A program made the translations under genes and the position numbers. DNA of 63,736 nucleotides, the filler included, from Octopus bimaculoides (taxonomy: Eukaryota): NCBI RefSeq assembly GCF_001194135.2. It is 3 parts of 3 records of this genome, joined end to end, with 100 filler letters (N's around TTAATTAATTAA, not from the genome) between each part and the next. Parts side by side here need not be neighbours in the genome. Positions count along the whole stretch, not along the records: positions 1 to 26,658 come from NC_068982.1; 2 more parts are not named here. One strand, 5' to 3'. Below the pieces are notes generated by a model. It made no database searches and was not told where the DNA came from. It was given only the letters and a program-made list of their open reading frames with translations. Below, in pieces: positions 1 through 11,758 of this stretch (position 1 is its first letter; each line of letters begins with the position of its first letter).

Positions 1-250
1 TGAAAACGTAAACTTTTATTGAGAACAGTAACGATTGAAGTGAAAGTGAGGTTGAAGCGAAATTTGTTACTCAGTGAACCAAACAGCCAGTATCGAAGGT
101 ACCAGAAAAAAAAAACCTCAGCAACAGGAAAACACAAAACCGTACTTCTGTTAGTAAATGATGAAATTACTTACATCAGTAAATGTGAACTTGTTAGCGA
201 TTGAAAACGTAAACTTTTATTGAGAACAGTAACGATTGAAGTGAAAGTGA
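1..250. repeat. 201-bp tandem repeat unit (1 full + partial copy)
   Basis: tgaaaacgtaaacttttattgag starts at 1 and again at 202. Confidence 0.85.
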
Positions 251-477
251 AGAAAAGACTATGGCTACCGGAAGTTGACATTGAGGAACCTTTTTAAAGA
301 AGTGAATCTTAAATATAAAGCAATATTATTTATCTTAATAAAAAAAAATTAAATGAAGAGCCTAAGATTTATCCGAGGTCAAATTATTCATGCATCACAA
401 GTATGGAAGTAAATGTTGAAGCCGTTTTCACGTGATAAGCGATTACACACACATCCCTGTTTTATATATAGTATAGA
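1..477 (-). mobile_element. Possible non-autonomous Helitron-like element: 5' end plus internal 201-bp tandem unit
   Basis: The minus strand from 478 reads A|TCTATACTATATATAAAACAGGGATGTGTGTGT...ATCACGTGAAAACGGCT, a 5'-TC terminus after A followed by a short microsatellite, like invertebrate non-autonomous Helitrons. The 3' CTRR end is not in the window. Confidence 0.4.
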
Positions 478-763
478 TAAACATTTACACCAACAAACTG
501 TACAACATTTTAAATGTCAGAACATTGTCTTCTATAAGAACTGTACCCAACAACCACGCCTTGAAAAGAAAGAAATTCAGCAAACTGTGTAGGCTAGCTA
601 ACAACTACTTTTCTACTATCTTATGTATGTGTATATGTGTATATAAGAGTTACAAGAGAAACTTTTATTTGGTAACCAGACTTGCTTCAAACAATAAACA
701 AATCGCTCTTAAATCAAACTCTATTGTTTTATATACAAGAGAGCAGACAAAGAAGCGCGCGTG

Positions 764-802
<39 letters not shown>

Positions 803-1052
803 NNNNNNNNNNTGCACATTTGTGCCTCTGTCAGAGTGGCATCCCAGTGTGCATCATCTTCCCGAAGATCTCTGAGGTGGCAAGCCTGGCGATATGTTTG
901 ACATACTGTGTTATCAACCGTTCGTAAGGCCGTAAATGATGTGGGTCCCTTGACATGGTGTAATAGAAGCCTTAGATAGTAGCACTCTGAGTAGTTGGGA
1001 TGGACAACATAGACTCTGCCAAGTGTATCTGATTTCTTGATTCCTGGATGAG

Positions 1053-1369
1053 ATTTGTCACTCAGTGAACCAAAGAGCCAGTATCGAAGATATCAGAAAA
1101 CAAAAAACCTCAGCAACAGGGAAACACAAAACCGTACTTCTGTTAGTAAATGATGAAATTACTTACATCAGTAAATGTGAACTTGTTAGCGATTGAAAAC
1201 GTAAACTTTTATTGAGAACAGTAACGATTGAAGTGAAAGTGAGGTTGAAGCGAAATTTGTTACTCAGTGAACCAAACAGCCAGTATCGAAGGTACCAGAA
1301 AAAAAAAACCTCAGCAACAGGAAAACACAAAACCGTACTTCTGTTAGTAAATGATGAAATTACTTACAT
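1053..1369. repeat. Second block of the same 201-bp tandem unit, running into an N gap
   Basis: 1194-1369 matches 1-176; 1053-1193 is a slightly diverged preceding copy. Confidence 0.85.
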
Positions 1370-2396
1370 NNNNNNNNNNNNNNNNNNNNNNNNNNNNNNN
1401 NNNNNNNNNNNNNNNNNNNNNNNNNNNNNNNNNNNNNNNNNNNNNNNNNNNNNNNNNNNNNNNNNNNNNNNNNNNNNNNNNNNNNNNNNNNNNNNNNNNN
1501 NNNNNNNNNNNNNNNNNNNNNNNNNNNNNNNNNNNNNNNNNNNNNNNNNNNNNNNNNNNNNNNNNNNNNNNNNNNNNNNNNNNNNNNNNNNNNNNNNNNN
1601 NNNNNNNNNNNNNNNNNNNNNNNNNNNNNNNNNNNNNNNNNNNNNNNNNNNNNNNNNNNNNNNNNNNNNNNNNNNNNNNNNNNNNNNNNNNNNNNNNNNN
1701 NNNNNNNNNNNNNNNNNNNNNNNNNNNNNNNNNNNNNNNNNNNNNNNNNNNNNNNNNNNNNNNNNNNNNNNNNNNNNNNNNNNNNNNNNNNNNNNNNNNN
1801 NNNNNNNNNNNNNNNNNNNNNNNNNNNNNNNNNNNNNNNNNNNNNNNNNNNNNNNNNNNNNNNNNNNNNNNNNNNNNNNNNNNNNNNNNNNNNNNNNNNN
1901 NNNNNNNNNNNNNNNNNNNNNNNNNNNNNNNNNNNNNNNNNNNNNNNNNNNNNNNNNNNNNNNNNNNNNNNNNNNNNNNNNNNNNNNNNNNNNNNNNNNN
2001 NNNNNNNNNNNNNNNNNNNNNNNNNNNNNNNNNNNNNNNNNNNNNNNNNNNNNNNNNNNNNNNNNNNNNNNNNNNNNNNNNNNNNNNNNNNNNNNNNNNN
2101 NNNNNNNNNNNNNNNNNNNNNNNNNNNNNNNNNNNNNNNNNNNNNNNNNNNNNNNNNNNNNNNNNNNNNNNNNNNNNNNNNNNNNNNNNNNNNNNNNNNN
2201 NNNNNNNNNNNNNNNNNNNNNNNNNNNNNNNNNNNNNNNNNNNNNNNNNNNNNNNNNNNNNNNNNNNNNNNNNNNNNNNNNNNNNNNNNNNNNNNNNNNN
2301 NNNNNNNNNNNNNNNNNNNNNNNNNNNNNNNNNNNNNTATATATATATATATATATGGGGGGGAGGGGGAATCAGTATCTAGACATCTGCATTTGG

Positions 2397-3016
2397 TAGA
2401 AATAGCTGTCCTATCTTCAGATATCACTCTTATTCTTCACACGCACGATCCTACAAGAGAGACCTCTAAATTGTAATTCGACCTGATAGAAATAGTTGTC
2501 ATATCTCCCTGAAACTATTTTCTTATGTAAGTGCACATATTTTAGATGAGCTAACGTGAGTGACATCTATATGGTAGCTAGATCTGACTGAAATAGCCAC
2601 CGTATCTCCCTGAAACCACACCCTGTTGTCTAATGTATGCTCTCTCTCAAAATGCACTCTACTGTACGTTCATAAGTACGTACGTATATATGTATGCGTT
2701 TGTGCTTGTGTGAATACGCACATGTTGAAGAAAATCTTTGATTTGAACTATGAGAACTTGGTACAGGTAGATACACCTGCTGGAAATGGCAGCCAAATCA
2801 CGCATAGCTAATGTCTATTACCACATATAAGAACGAACTAATAATGAAAAGCTCTCTGTAGTCGTACGATCTGCAAGAAATAGTAACCAAATTACCTGCA
2901 GATTACACTCTAATATCATATGTTTATATGTAGTAACCAATGACAGAGCCTTTATATGGTATCTTGACTTGTTAGACATAGCTGTCTAATCTCTTTCTAA
3001 TCACACTCTATTCTCA
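2397..3016 (+). repeat. Cluster of about six degenerate copies of a dispersed motif (gacctgctagaaatagcagccaaatctccctcaaatcacaccct-like)
   Basis: Copies near 2397, 2478, 2571, 2770, 2861 and 2955. Reverse-orientation relatives lie near 7450, 8650, 8830, 21935 and 49550. Confidence 0.6.
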
Positions 3017-4322
3017 CACATAATGAGAAACCGATATATTTTCTGACAGTATCATTTAAGGTGTATCAATCTTTGCTGTACCTTCCATTAGGCGTTTGAA
3101 TAAAGTGTGACCATAAATTGCAACTCTTGTCCTTATATTTCTTTTCACTGTTATGCCTGACTCATTTGGAACCAGAAAGTTATAATGTTAGTAGTGCCAG
3201 AGCCACGCAACTTAAATTCCTAAACATTTCCTATCACTTGGTTCGTTTCCGAGTCTTCAATAATAATTCTACTCACACCCAAGATACATTTTGGCAGTGT
3301 TTTTCTAAGAGAGAAAGGGTTCCCTAGAGTGTTACAAGGATTGAAAAGAGCGTGGACAAATCACCACATTAAAAAAAAATGAATTATAATCGTTTGAAAC
3401 ATTTAAAACTTACTTGTCTAACTCTGTTACGACGAGGAAATTCACGGTATTTCTCGGGCATGTGAATTCATATTGTTGTACTGTTTTCTAACGGGCGTAA
3501 TTTAATTTATCTACAGCTGCTCTAATGGCATTTTCCTTTTCCTCTTGGTTTCCTCATTAGCATGTTTATATAATTTACTTTTTGTCAGTTTATGAAATTT
3601 ACTTTTTTTAATATAATAATTAAGACATTTTGAAAAAAATTCAATTTTGTCTACCTTTTATATTTTTTTTTAGTTTTGTCTTAACATTTGTTTATTTAAT
3701 TTTCTTTTTGGCTGCAAGAAGACTGAACTATCAGAACCTGGAAAAGTACAAGATAAAAAATGGAAGCTTTAAAATAATGCAGCTGCATTTGGAATTTAAA
3801 TAAAAAAAAGTTTTCAGTTTCATTCAATTGCAAAAGTATTCTCTCTCTTTAGATTCCAACTCCTTCTGTGACGAAAATCCTATATGGAATTTTCTCTATT
3901 TTCTCCGCATTAAATAAAATGTGGTGGAGTTGAAGCACTCGTTTATCATGGAAATGTAGTCCATCTTTCAAAATTTTAAACTGCTCAGTTACCTACTTCT
4001 CATGTTTTTCCTATTATAGTTGAGCTAACATTTAGGTATACAGAAATAAGAGCTCATCTACTGGTAGTGAAGAGTGACTACGATGCACTTTGACTTTCTT
4101 AGTAACAGTCAAATAGGCTATAATATCCTAGACAAATAATGTGGTGGTTTATGTGACGTCTATCTTCCTAAATTAAAAAGCAAAATTTATGCCACCTAAT
4201 GACAAAATATTCAGAATTTATGTCCATGAAGCTCTGGAAACTCAACACTCTTGGGCTATTTAATACTCTGAAACTCCAAACCACCAACGCTCATGTTTTC
4301 TATAAACCTGTGTGGATAAGTG

Positions 4323-4736
4323 CATGTGTGGTTGTGTGGTAGGAAACTTGCTTAACAACCACATGGTTCGGGGTTCAGTCCCACTGCATGGTATCTTGGG
4401 CGAGTGTCTTCTACTATAGCCTCAGGCTGATCAAAGCCTTGTGAGTGGATTTGGTAGACGGAAACTGAAAGAAGCCCGTCGTATATATGTAAATATCATA
4501 TACATATCTAAGTGTATGTGTCCTTATGTTTGTGTTTATACCCCCACTCACTACTTGACAGCCGGCGTTGGTGTGTCTACGCCCCCGTAACTGAGCGCTT
4601 GAATAAAGAGACCGATAGAATAAGTACCAGCCTTTAAAAATATTGGGGTCGATACATTCGACTAAACGTTCTTCAAGGAGTTGTCACAGCATGGCCGCAG
4701 TCTTACGACTGAAACAAGTAAAAGATAAAAGATAAA
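4323..4736 (+). mobile_element. tRNA-derived SINE, family B (tRNA-like head, internal (TA/TG)n, AAAAGAT-type tail)
   Basis: A-box-like tggtaggaaac and B-box-like ggttcagtccc in the head. Related copies at 47734-48141(-), 38555-38760(-), 17103-17325(+), 16545-16731(-) and a head only at 19846-19950. Confidence 0.8.
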
Positions 4737-7700
4737 ATGCACAAACCTTCCTTCTCCAAAGTGCACAAAATTATATTTATCTTTCGTAAACTCAGCATAA
4801 ACCATTGGGCACGATTTCAATTAGATATGCATATAAAAAGGATATGCATATAAAAAGAACATGGCCTTTCAAATTTGAAAACATTCGCAAAATTCTACTC
4901 AAAGGCAATATGGTCTTCCCTTTAAATTTTTTCTTTCCTTTTCACATCCGAAACCAACCAAAAGGCATATTATTTAAATACAAATTGCAACTTCAGCTGC
5001 ATTATTTTTGTATCCCATTTTCTTGTCCTATATTTTTCCAGGTTTAATTAATTAAGATTATTATCACTCCTACACCTGCAATTTCCTTCTAGTCTACATG
5101 AATACGTAAACATGTAACTGGAGCATTCTTCATCGGTTTCAACGAGGAAGATTCGGCACTTGTAACCTTAACGTAATTCTCAGGCAGAGTCAACGAGACT
5201 GTGTGTGTGAGACATGACTGTGTCTCTTGAACGATTGGTAAAATTAATCCGACTGCCTTGTATACAGCTCCTATCAACTCAATTTCGCTCACAAGGTATG
5301 GACCGATCCGTGGCTATAAAAATGATAGACATATGCTCAAAACACCACACAACGAGATCGAATCCGAGACCTCGTAGTTGCAAAGCGATTTTTTTTAACG
5401 ATTCGACATACTAAGTGCATATATGTACGTCAGTCCATCCACACACACACACACACACACACACATGTGCGTATGCATACGCATATGCGACATATGTGAA
5501 TAACATAAACAAAATTTTATGAGCATGAACAAACTGACACATTTTTGTCGATGTGGGAGATCAGTACATTAGTTGGCCCTATTTAATATAAAAACACACG
5601 GCTAATTTTGTTAGTTAATTTGAAGTAAAGATGGACGTGACGACAGTAATGTGTCAATTTAAGTGCATGTCAGTATTTACTTTCGTCTTTTTCTGTTCCG
5701 ATTTCAAATCCCTTTGGGGGTCGACTAAGTAAACCTTTTATCCCCACGGGCATCGATAAAATACATTTTATTGTAATATAAGAATGATTTTGGTAGGAGG
5801 TTGGCTTATCCAGGGACGCGTTCTTCGAAGAAAAAATGTGAAGGGCTAACAGACTAAAAATAGTCTGAACATGTTTAATTAATTAAAATTACTAACTCAA
5901 TAGAAATAATAAAGTATTCAAGTTAATGATTTTGTTCTTCTTACTACAGGTGTTACTGTAATTAACCCTCTCAATTAAATATTGTAATTTAAAAGAGATT
6001 GATTATTGGCAGTGCGTTTGTTATTTTGTTTTAATTTTCAATACGCCCTTCTCTGTGAAAATTCACTTTAAGCCAACTTAAAAGGTACTTGTATGTTGTT
6101 GTTGAGAAGTCCCAGTCAGTGAGTTCTACTCGAACAGTTCCATGACTGGTTGGTAACTTGTCGAAGGTCAAATGCCTGCGCATGTATCAGAAATCTAGCA
6201 TTCTGAATAAAGATTCTTTGGTTTCCTTTTTACCAAGGATCACACTGCTCACTCCAAAATGTAGTGATGTATTATGTGGAAGCACAATGTGAGAAACTTG
6301 AGACGTTGTATTTCTTCCACTGTCCAATCTAATGTTTAACCTTAGCTGTACATTGATCTAGTAGACTTAGAATTAAGGGTATTCATTTTCATTCCAGTTA
6401 CGGCCATTTCGTCTATTTAGGGGTAGCTAGGATTGCATTATCTCAAATGTTTTCCCCCTTTTAAGAGTAATTTGGAGAGCAATTTAGTTGTTGTCCTCTT
6501 GGGATGTCTGTTAGGTCGGGGATTTTGTCCAATGTCGCATGTTTTACCTGAATCAGAATCTCCAGCCCCATTCGAACTTAATTTTCTTTTCTGAATCTTT
6601 ATATTTCTAGCAGTTTGCTAGGATCTTCCAAAACCACACATTTTACCACCCACCAGAACTAGATTTCTGATGGGTGGTGTCCAAGGTAAATTGGTATCGA
6701 TGTAACATATTCAGTTATATATTCGGTTAGGATTCCCGAGTGGATCCAAATTTATGGGCATCTTCTACGAAATTGATATTTTGCCTTATATTCTTTAAAC
6801 AGTTCTGCTTGGTCTGAAGGTAAACGCTCTCATTTGTCTTTTCATCGATAAGAATCTGTACAGAATTGTTTCCCGTTTCGTTTGGTCCAAAAGATGTTGC
6901 GGTATACTGAGCGTAACTTCTTTCCTGTTCTTGTCTGTTGATGTATTTCTTCGCTTCTAAATATTAATGTGTTTTTTTCTAGATTCTAGAGAGATAAGAT
7001 TGAAAACGTTGATCTTCGTAAATGAAAGATTTTTGGTTGTTTTCATTGTCGCTGCTGCTGCTGTTGTTAGTACCATCGTTATCATTATCGTTACTGTTGC
7101 AAACAAGCTGTTGTTCGGTTGTAGTCAGCTCTGATTGAGTAGATCTATAATCAAATATATATGTATATTCTGGGATCATGAAGTCCTATAATTCCATTTT
7201 TTAAAGTCGGTAGGATGAAATTTGAAGAAACTTGGTTACTATTTCTAGCAGATAGCGACAGCTTGAGGCACTTCGTTGGCTGCATGTGATATTGTGTTGT
7301 ATTTAATGCTTATGTTGTTGTTGTTTGGCTCTGAGTTAACCCTGATTGAGCAGACCCACGATCAAAGGTGTTTCCACTGTGACTATCCCATCTTTTATTC
7401 TAGCATCGTGCATCTGGTGCACGTTCTTTTCCTTTTACATTTTTTTTAAATTGCAGGGCATAATTTGAGGGAATTTTGGCTGCAATAAATACCAGACTGA
7501 AGGGCTACATAGAAGCTCTTTCAGCTCGTGCAATATTAGTTGTTAACTTAAACTGAAATTTAATACTCAATAATTATGTAAATTTTGACTGAAATTTTAT
7601 TTGGTTGTCAAATATATTACTTCTTTAATATTTTATTTCAAGAATATGTTGCTGATTTAAAATTATACATAATTAAGCAGCGTATAATATTGATTAAGAA

Positions 7701-9098
7701 AAATATCAGCTTTTATATTAATTGCTTTTAATATTTTTCTTTTATCTTTTCTGAAGGCGTCAAATTTTAAAATGCAATAAAGAGAGAGGAAAAATACTGG
7801 AATATGACTATCACTGTGAGATAATATACATGATTCTGACGGAAAGGGATGTGAAACCTTTGGTCTAGTGCAGATGTACGATGTAGTGCAGCAATCATCA
7901 GACGATCAAAGCTGAAACAGATATAGTAAATAGGTTAGCACGAAAAAAATATCTATAACAGGAAATAGCAGCATTTACCAACAAATTTATGTATTAAGAC
8001 TTATACAACAAATTTACCAACAAATTTATCTATTAAGGCTTTATATCAGCCGAAATATATTACTGAGGACTGTATTGCAAATATGAGCATTTTAGATTTG
8101 TTAAAGATAATAATTCTTGTATATCAAGGGTAAAACATGACCAAAATTTAGAAAAAACAAACAAGGCATAACAAAAATTAGCAAGAGTATCAAGGCCAAT
8201 GTTTGTGCTGTGAAAGAAAGGAAGAAATATCGACGTTTTGGGCAGTTGTCTTTTGCCCAGACAGATAGGAAGAGAAAGAAAAACTTGGATGAAAAAATAT
8301 ATAAAAAGCAATATAGGGTTCTCAAAGGCGAAGCATGTTTATCAATGGTGGACAGGAAGAGGATAGAGTTAGTGGTTTAAATCAGAGACGAGTTTGGGAA
8401 AAATGCGTTAAGGGGAAAATGCCCGAAGGAAGGGTTCCGAAGTCTGTGAGTGTATATGTATATTTTAGTGTCTGAGAGAAGCTGTATGCGATTCTATATA
8501 TTTGTGTGTGTGTGTGAGTGTGTGTATAATAGTGGTGAACTAAATGGATGTGCACAAGTGTGACATTGATGTGAATAAAGTCTAATAATTAGTCAACTTT
8601 CGAGACACCTTCACTTCTAGAGGCCATCCAATTTTTTTCAGATAACAGAGCGCGATGTAAAAGTGATTTGGCTGTTATTTCTAGCAGGTTGAATGACTAT
8701 GTATGCGTTCCATCATTGTTTCGTGTTATTCCAAGTCAAAGAGACGTATCATCAAAGTTGTGACTATTCCGTGTTTGCAATCTGTGTATCTATGTCTACT
8801 TTACCCAATGAATCCTTTCTTTTTTAAGACGGCAGAATGCGATCAGAGGTATGTTTAGCTGTTGTTTCTCGCAACGAGCAACTGCAAAAATCCTGAGATT
8901 GTGTTGAAAATCATAGTAATGTATTTGTGTGTGGTGCAGATCACTGTAGAAGTAGAACTGTTGAAGCTGATCTAGGCTGGAGTTGTAGTTGTTAAGCTCA
9001 TGATCAGTTATAATCGAGCAGTCTTATGGTCAATGGTGTTCTAGACAGGACAATCTCGATTTTTTTTTCTATATTTAGAACTACTGCATTGTCTAATG

Positions 9099-9645
9099 CA
9101 GTGGTTCCCAAACTTTTTAGAAACGCGACCCACTATTTATGACACCAGTTTATGGTGACCCATTTAACTCTACTGGGTAAAAACATTAATGAAAGAAACA
9201 AATTTATTTCAGATTACATTTTCATTTTACTATTTATATTAAATGTGAAACAAAACGTTTTATAACTGTTTCAACGTCTCCATACCCCATGGGCAGGTAT
9301 TAACTCTAATACAAAACCTCGAAGCAGTAACTGTTATCGGCTCGATCAGTGTTGTACTGCGCCTAGTTAAAGTTCTCTATAAATAGGTAAAAACAGACTT
9401 TTCCTTTTTACGATTACGTACGAATAAATAACTTGAGAAAATGACCACCTCTGATTTGTTAAGTTCGTGAAAAAAGCCTACTGCTTGATAAAACAACCAG
9501 TCTGGTATTGAAAACATAAGTCTTGAACTATCTCGATAGACAGCAGTTAATCAAAGCTAATGCGTAATTTTATAACTTTTTGCGACCCACTAGGATTCCG
9601 TTCGCGACCCATCAGTGGTTCGCGACTCATAGTTTGGGAACCACT
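9099..9645. mobile_element. hAT (Charlie-like) non-autonomous element / MITE
   Basis: TIRs CAGTGGTTCCCAAACT (9099) and AGTTTGGGAACCACT (9631-9645), with subterminal gcgaccc repeats at both ends. The left 8-mer flank gtctaatg is partly retained on the right (aatg). Confidence 0.8.
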
Positions 9646-10907
9646 AATGTATACTCGCCGGGGAACGGCGAGGATGACCATAATACTTGTTATAGTTCTA
9701 GGCCGTAGGTCCAACACTCCGATCAGTTAAACACCACTAAAACCACCACTATCACCGCCTCTGCTGTCTCCACCGCTGCCTCTGCCTTCGCCGCCGTCGC
9801 TGCCGCCACTTACCGTCACCACCACTACCATTAACTCTCCACCTCACTAGATCCTTGTTTGCTTTACTGGAGTTCACTCTGAAGCATTCCATCCAATTTT
9901 TTCTTTGCATACATTGTCCTGTAACTGTTCAGGCAAAGCTTCAATTGCTTCAATCTCACTATTCTTGAAAAGCCTACCCCTCATCTCCTGAGAAAAATGC
10001 TAAAACAAAAACATCAACAACAAAAAAGTCCATAAAAGCCCATACTAGGGATCATGATAATGGTAGCAGGGATGAAAGCAATTATTTTTACTATGATTGG
10101 TTATCGTTAATGATGTATCAGTCGCTGTAAAATTATCTCTTCCTGCAGCGAAAGAGTGTGAGGGTGATAACAGCACCAATGTATTTCTCAACAAAATCTT
10201 ACCAGGCTTTCTTTTACTATTCCTTTCGTGTGGAGTTGGAAAAGTCACCGTGTATATAATATGTGTATGTGTTTGCATACACACAATATTCATACACACA
10301 CACAGCTACATAGATGCCTAAACACATATAAATGCATAGACACACATATACATACTCACATATACACACTCTCGTATTTTTTCACGATGTGTAACTGTGT
10401 GTGTATATAGACAATCATGCAATTAAATCCATACTGTTGTTTAGACGCAGCTAATCAAGTGGATACTTAAGCACCTATTAACTGAGGATTTCTGTATGAA
10501 AACATTATTAAAAAGGCCAATCAGTCGGGGAAGATGTGAAAGTATGCCCTCCCTGTTGACTGAGGTCGTCATTGATTTCTCAGTTAAAAGTTTTGTACAA
10601 CGAACGAACCAACGAACCAAACAACCAACCAACCGACCAACTTCGCTAATAATAAATTTAATCAGTAACTTAAGCTGGCGAATCTCCACAATAATTTCTG
10701 ATAGAGCAATATACAATGAAACTACATCGTTCTAGAACGGAGTTCAAAAATGAGCGGCTTCAAAGAGAAATTATAATTCTTATTGAAAGCCACACAACTT
10801 TCTCTCTCCTTCCTTCTCATAAGTCTTCTAGAAATGATGTTACACAGATGCGAATCCAACTAAAAATAACAACACAGAAGGTTGCACACCATTTGGACGG
10901 AATATAA

Positions 10908-10951
<44 letters not shown>

Positions 10952-11390
10952 GTACTCAGATTGTAAAAAGGCATAATTAATTACAGCATAACATTTTATT
11001 CACCACTCTATTGATTCAAGCAGTCCATCGTTCTGTCGATAAATATAACGTTATTCCCTGCTATAGGTCCTTAAATCATTCTCGGGTCTTGACACCGTAT
11101 GATGTAAAATGAAAACCAGAAATATTGCTCTGAGTCATTAAGTACAAAGATACTAAGCTGTTGCATGATGTGAATAAATAAATTAATTATCTGCACCAGC
11201 AATGACATCTAAATTGGTTGTTCATGATTATTCAGCTAAATTTACCGAATCTTTCGTAATTCAAAATAAACAAAATATATGAGGAGGGATTTTTTATAAA
11301 TTGCAGATAATGAAATGAAAAGTTTTCTTCGATACACTTGAGTTCTTGCGTCCTTTATCAGATTTCTTCTCCATGCAGTATGAGGTGGGG

Positions 11391-11756
11391 GGAGGCGCAA
11401 TGGCCCAGTGGTTAGGGCAGCGGACGCGCGGTCATAGGATCGCGGNNNNNNNNNNNNNNNNNNNNNNNNNNNNNNNNNNNNNNNNNNNNNNNNNNNNATG
11501 GCGGCGAACCCTGCGGTACTCTTTCACCACAACTTTCTCTCACTCTTACTTCCTGTTTCTGTTGTACCTGTAATTCAAAGGGTCAGCCTTGTCACACTGT
11601 GTCACGCTGAATATCACCGAGACCTACGTTAAAGGTACACATGTCTGTGGAGTGCTCAGCCACTTGCACGTTAATTTCACGAGCAGTCTGTTCCGTTGAT
11701 CGGATCAACTGGAACCCTCGACGTCGTAAGCGACGGAGTGCCAACAACAACAACAG
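11391..11756 (+). mobile_element. tRNA-derived SINE, family C, with (AAC)n tail
   Basis: Head ggaggcgcaatggcccagtggttagggcagcg, body aagggtcagccttgtcacactgtgtcacg, tail acggagtgccaacaacaac. Related copies at 46705-47020(+), 43300-43520(+) and about 5125-5225(-). Confidence 0.8.
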
Positions 11757-11758
11757 TA

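Noticed and set aside
1212-2427. Long ORFs spanning N runs (also at 13.7-17.2 kb, 36.0-36.6 kb and 47.0-47.4 kb)
   Set aside because: They are open only because N codons are not stops.
10515-10524. CCAAT box GGCCAATCAG; also a YY1-like AAATATGGCG near 24033
   Set aside because: Isolated short motifs with no associated transcript start or exon.
11391-11445. tRNA gene
   Set aside because: The tRNA-like sequence is a SINE head, continuing into a repeat body and tail; no complete cloverleaf is visible here or in the other SINE heads.
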